This document shows positions 62,601 to 64,000 of a stretch of DNA of 64,000 nt, piece by piece. The stretch lies in IMG/VR virus record IMGVR_UViG_3300045988_144476; one strand, given 5' to 3'. The notes beneath the pieces are model-generated. The model was not told the origin of the DNA. It made no database searches and worked only from the letters and a program-made list of their open reading frames with translations. Positions within the stretch are counted from its first letter, which is position 1. Every line of letters begins with the position of its first letter. Position numbers and translations under genes: made by a program. Origin of the DNA: a virus.

Positions 62601-62948
62601 AAATCAATGTCAGTTGTTGACCAGGTTAAATTTGAAAAAGAGTATTTGCAGTATGTAGTATATACAAATCCAAAGGTTAATAAGAGTTTTTATATTGTGA
62701 CAGAATATAAGACGTTCAAAGAAGTTCGAAAACCTTATTGTACACTACATAATATCAAAACTGGTGAAGATGTAAAAACCAGAGTAACGAGTGTAAAAGT
62801 ATATCAGGATAATCCTTTTGGAGAATATTCAATTCTTAAGGTTGATCATTTTGATCAGAAATATAAAAAGAAATGTGTAAATGGAACATGGCAAGAAACA
62901 GATGAATTAGAAGATATTTTAAATGATTATGAGGTTATAAAGAAATGA
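59619..62948 (+). CDS. dnaE: DNA polymerase III alpha subunit (DnaE-type, with PHP domain)
   Basis: PHP motifs HLHSD and FSEHG, polymerase core GRHAAGLVV, and VKLDVLGLD. Confidence 0.9.
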   Translation: MGNRNYTIYHLHSDLSNGVTNIDSVTKYFEYINRAKELGMKALGFSEHGCLLEWVHKKNKIEAAGMKYIHAEEFYITEKLYHDPEITEEIYKSLEADDEEQTRENIEEYIEKNKFQVRDNYHCVLIAKNQAGVEELNRLSSLAFKRDGHFYYNPRITLDELISTSDNILITTACLGGILASENKSAQEKFLKFLIDNKDRCYLEIQHHMDDKQIQYNKYLAKISKKYGIPLIAGTDTHCLNEKHSLGRSILQQSKKISFPEEAKFDLLLKTYKELVEAFRRQNALPEEVYLEAIEETNRMADRIETFVLDYTKKYPKLYEDSLGTLKQKIVEGIKNRGVYKYPNYDEYKKRVAYELKTYIHNQAIDFVLLEEDYKTALKKQGVEFGYSRGSVSGSEIAYLLGITEVDSIKFGLNFERFMNTERVSLADVDTDWYKEDRWKVREYLFKKEGLHCCNIITFNTIKMRGAIKDVGRALGMTPEQTQAICNTVQEEDKKEFVPDHIRKQYQKLFEYVDIVVGTITSLGRHAAGLVVAPHDIDSKFGTLYISSDDKPISQINMKEIDSLNYVKLDVLGLDCVGLIYKTCKAAGIDFLTPDNMDFDDIEVWKDIANDTTLIFQFESDFAGNYLKDILRDSTIEKIKEKNNNFSYIDLMSMANGAIRPAGNSYRNELSQGVYRDNGHPALNEFLAPTLGYLVYQEQIIAFLHQFCGFTMGEADVVRRHFSKKTGTEHDIPVIKNGGYLLDADGNRTSDHYIDGFIKTMNSKYGVSQEESEELIINFLKVIIDASDYLFSQNHADPYSFLGFACGYLRHYYPLETFTEALNIYASDAEKSAKIKDYIASKGYEIKPIKFGRSGAEYMCDKKNKVIYQGIGSIKYCNNQIADELLELAKNNRYKTFVDLLFDIHNKTTLNSKQLTILMGLNFFSEFGNNKYLMQISDLYDKFATCKIISKKKMEDLGLSEYLMKKYSNKETASQYRELDNIGLITELSSRLEDKSMSVVDQVKFEKEYLQYVVYTNPKVNKSFYIVTEYKTFKEVRKPYCTLHNIKTGEDVKTRVTSVKVYQDNPFGEYSILKVDHFDQKYKKKCVNGTWQETDELEDILNDYEVIKK

Positions 62949-64000
62949 AAGAAACTAAAAATACCGTTGAATTTGAAGGAAGAGTAGAAAAGTGCATATA
63001 TAATAAATCTGATTCTGATTGGGCTATTTATGCTATGAATGTTGATCCTGAGAAGTATCCAAATATTAAACAAAATAAATATGAAAATGTTTCTATTTGT
63101 GGAGAAATCGCTGATCTTAGCTTATCACGGCCGTATGTAATTACGGCTGTGGAGCAGGATAGTAAATATGGACCAACTTATAAAGTTCAAAAAATGCATA
63201 TCATTAAGCCTAAAACAGGAGAAGAAGTGTATACCTTTTTACGAGAAGTGTTAACTGAGAATCAGGCAGCAGAATTATATAGAGAATATCCTAATATTAT
63301 TGAACTTGTTGAACAAGAAAGAGATAATGAGGTCGACACATCAAGATTAAAGGGCATTGGTGAAAAAACACTTTGGAAGATTATTGATAAAATCAATACT
63401 AATATAATATTGTTTGATTTGGTTACTGAATTTGGTGGTATTTTATCATTAAAAATATTGAAAAAACTTTATGATGAATATTGTTCTGTAGAAGCAATTA
63501 GAAGAAATCTTCGTAAAGAACCATATAAATGTCTTACTAGGATTTCTGGTATTGGTTTTATTAAAGCTGATGCTATGTTGTTACAACTTGAAAAAGAGAA
63601 ACGTATTGATTTTGGATATGATCTTAGAACAAGTCCTCAAAGATGTAGTGCTTGCATGGAATATTATCTTCTGGAGAATCAGAACGAAGGTAATACTAAG
63701 ATGGATTTAAGAGATTTACGGAAGATGGTTATGCAATATGTTCCTGCTTGTGCTCATCATTATGTAGATTGCCTTAAGAAATGTGACTTCTATTATGATA
63801 AAGAGACTTTTGATGTTGCATTAAGAGAAACATATAATACTGAAAAGTATATTGCTGAAAAAATTGCTAATGCTAATAATAATCCTCGTATTTGGAATAT
63901 TAATTGGAAATCATATCAGAGTAAAGGTGAATATCCTTTAACGGATGAACAGCTTAGTGCCCTTAGATGTATTTGCAATAATAATATTATGATTCTTAAT
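62945..64000 (+). CDS. RecD-like SF1 helicase, N-terminal part (3'-truncated at the window edge)
   Basis: The frame is open from the ATG at 62945 (ATGA overlap) to nt 64000. HhH-like segments GIGEKTLWKI and ISGIGFIKAD, then LTDEQLSAL ahead of the expected Walker A. Not in the ORF track. Confidence 0.6.
   Translation, partial: MKETKNTVEFEGRVEKCIYNKSDSDWAIYAMNVDPEKYPNIKQNKYENVSICGEIADLSLSRPYVITAVEQDSKYGPTYKVQKMHIIKPKTGEEVYTFLREVLTENQAAELYREYPNIIELVEQERDNEVDTSRLKGIGEKTLWKIIDKINTNIILFDLVTEFGGILSLKILKKLYDEYCSVEAIRRNLRKEPYKCLTRISGIGFIKADAMLLQLEKEKRIDFGYDLRTSPQRCSACMEYYLLENQNEGNTKMDLRDLRKMVMQYVPACAHHYVDCLKKCDFYYDKETFDVALRETYNTEKYIAEKIANANNNPRIWNINWKSYQSKGEYPLTDEQLSALRCICNNNIMILN

Noticed and set aside
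1-64000. Stop-codon reassignment or an alternative genetic code, as seen in some large gut phages.
   Set aside because: Long genes (ligA, ATPase, dnaE, RT, helicase) are intact in the standard code, and TAA, TGA and TAG are all used as terminators. No suppressor tRNA was identified.

Overview
The window is AT-rich and every credible gene lies on the + strand. Genes are tightly packed, often with ATGA or 4-nt overlaps, and have strong GGAG-type ribosome-binding sites. I read it as the early/accessory and replication regions of a large dsDNA phage or phage-plasmid from a low-GC, Firmicutes-like host. No virion genes are present. About 100 CDS are supported, most of them small hypotheticals. Recognisable products fall into four groups. 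(1) Accessory and anti-restriction-type genes: a ParB-like protein, a RadC/JAB protein, DUF2786-like and DUF932-like proteins, and a reverse transcriptase. (2) Recombination: a tyrosine integrase followed by a DGQHR/DndB-like protein and a degenerate recombinase-like partner. (3) A membrane/cation block: a Ca2+-type P-type ATPase followed by a TerF-type vWA protein, a TerD protein and a PspA-like membrane protein, with an HNH endonuclease and a classical AAA+ ATPase downstream. (4) Replication: NAD-dependent DNA ligase interrupted by a LAGLIDADG intein, an Rnl-type ligase, an AAA_24/Sak4-like ATPase, a DnaB-like helicase, a TOPRIM primase, a PD-(D/E)xK nuclease, PolIII-alpha (DnaE) and a RecD-like helicase truncated at the 3' edge. 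RNA genes are tRNA-Gln(TTG), tRNA-Leu(CAA) and tRNA-Met/Ile2(CAT), plus two aberrant tRNA-like elements inside a 1.6-kb non-coding island. The most notable unexplained signals are these: a 14-nt dyad-containing motif (AATGWTTTAATCAA) in at least 19 intergenic copies; a family of GC-rich hairpins each followed by a conserved 21-nt box; several tRNA-sized structured non-coding elements; iteron-like repeats inside an HTH gene; and the phage-borne ATPase/Ter/vWA module. All functional calls come from motifs read by eye, not from database searches.
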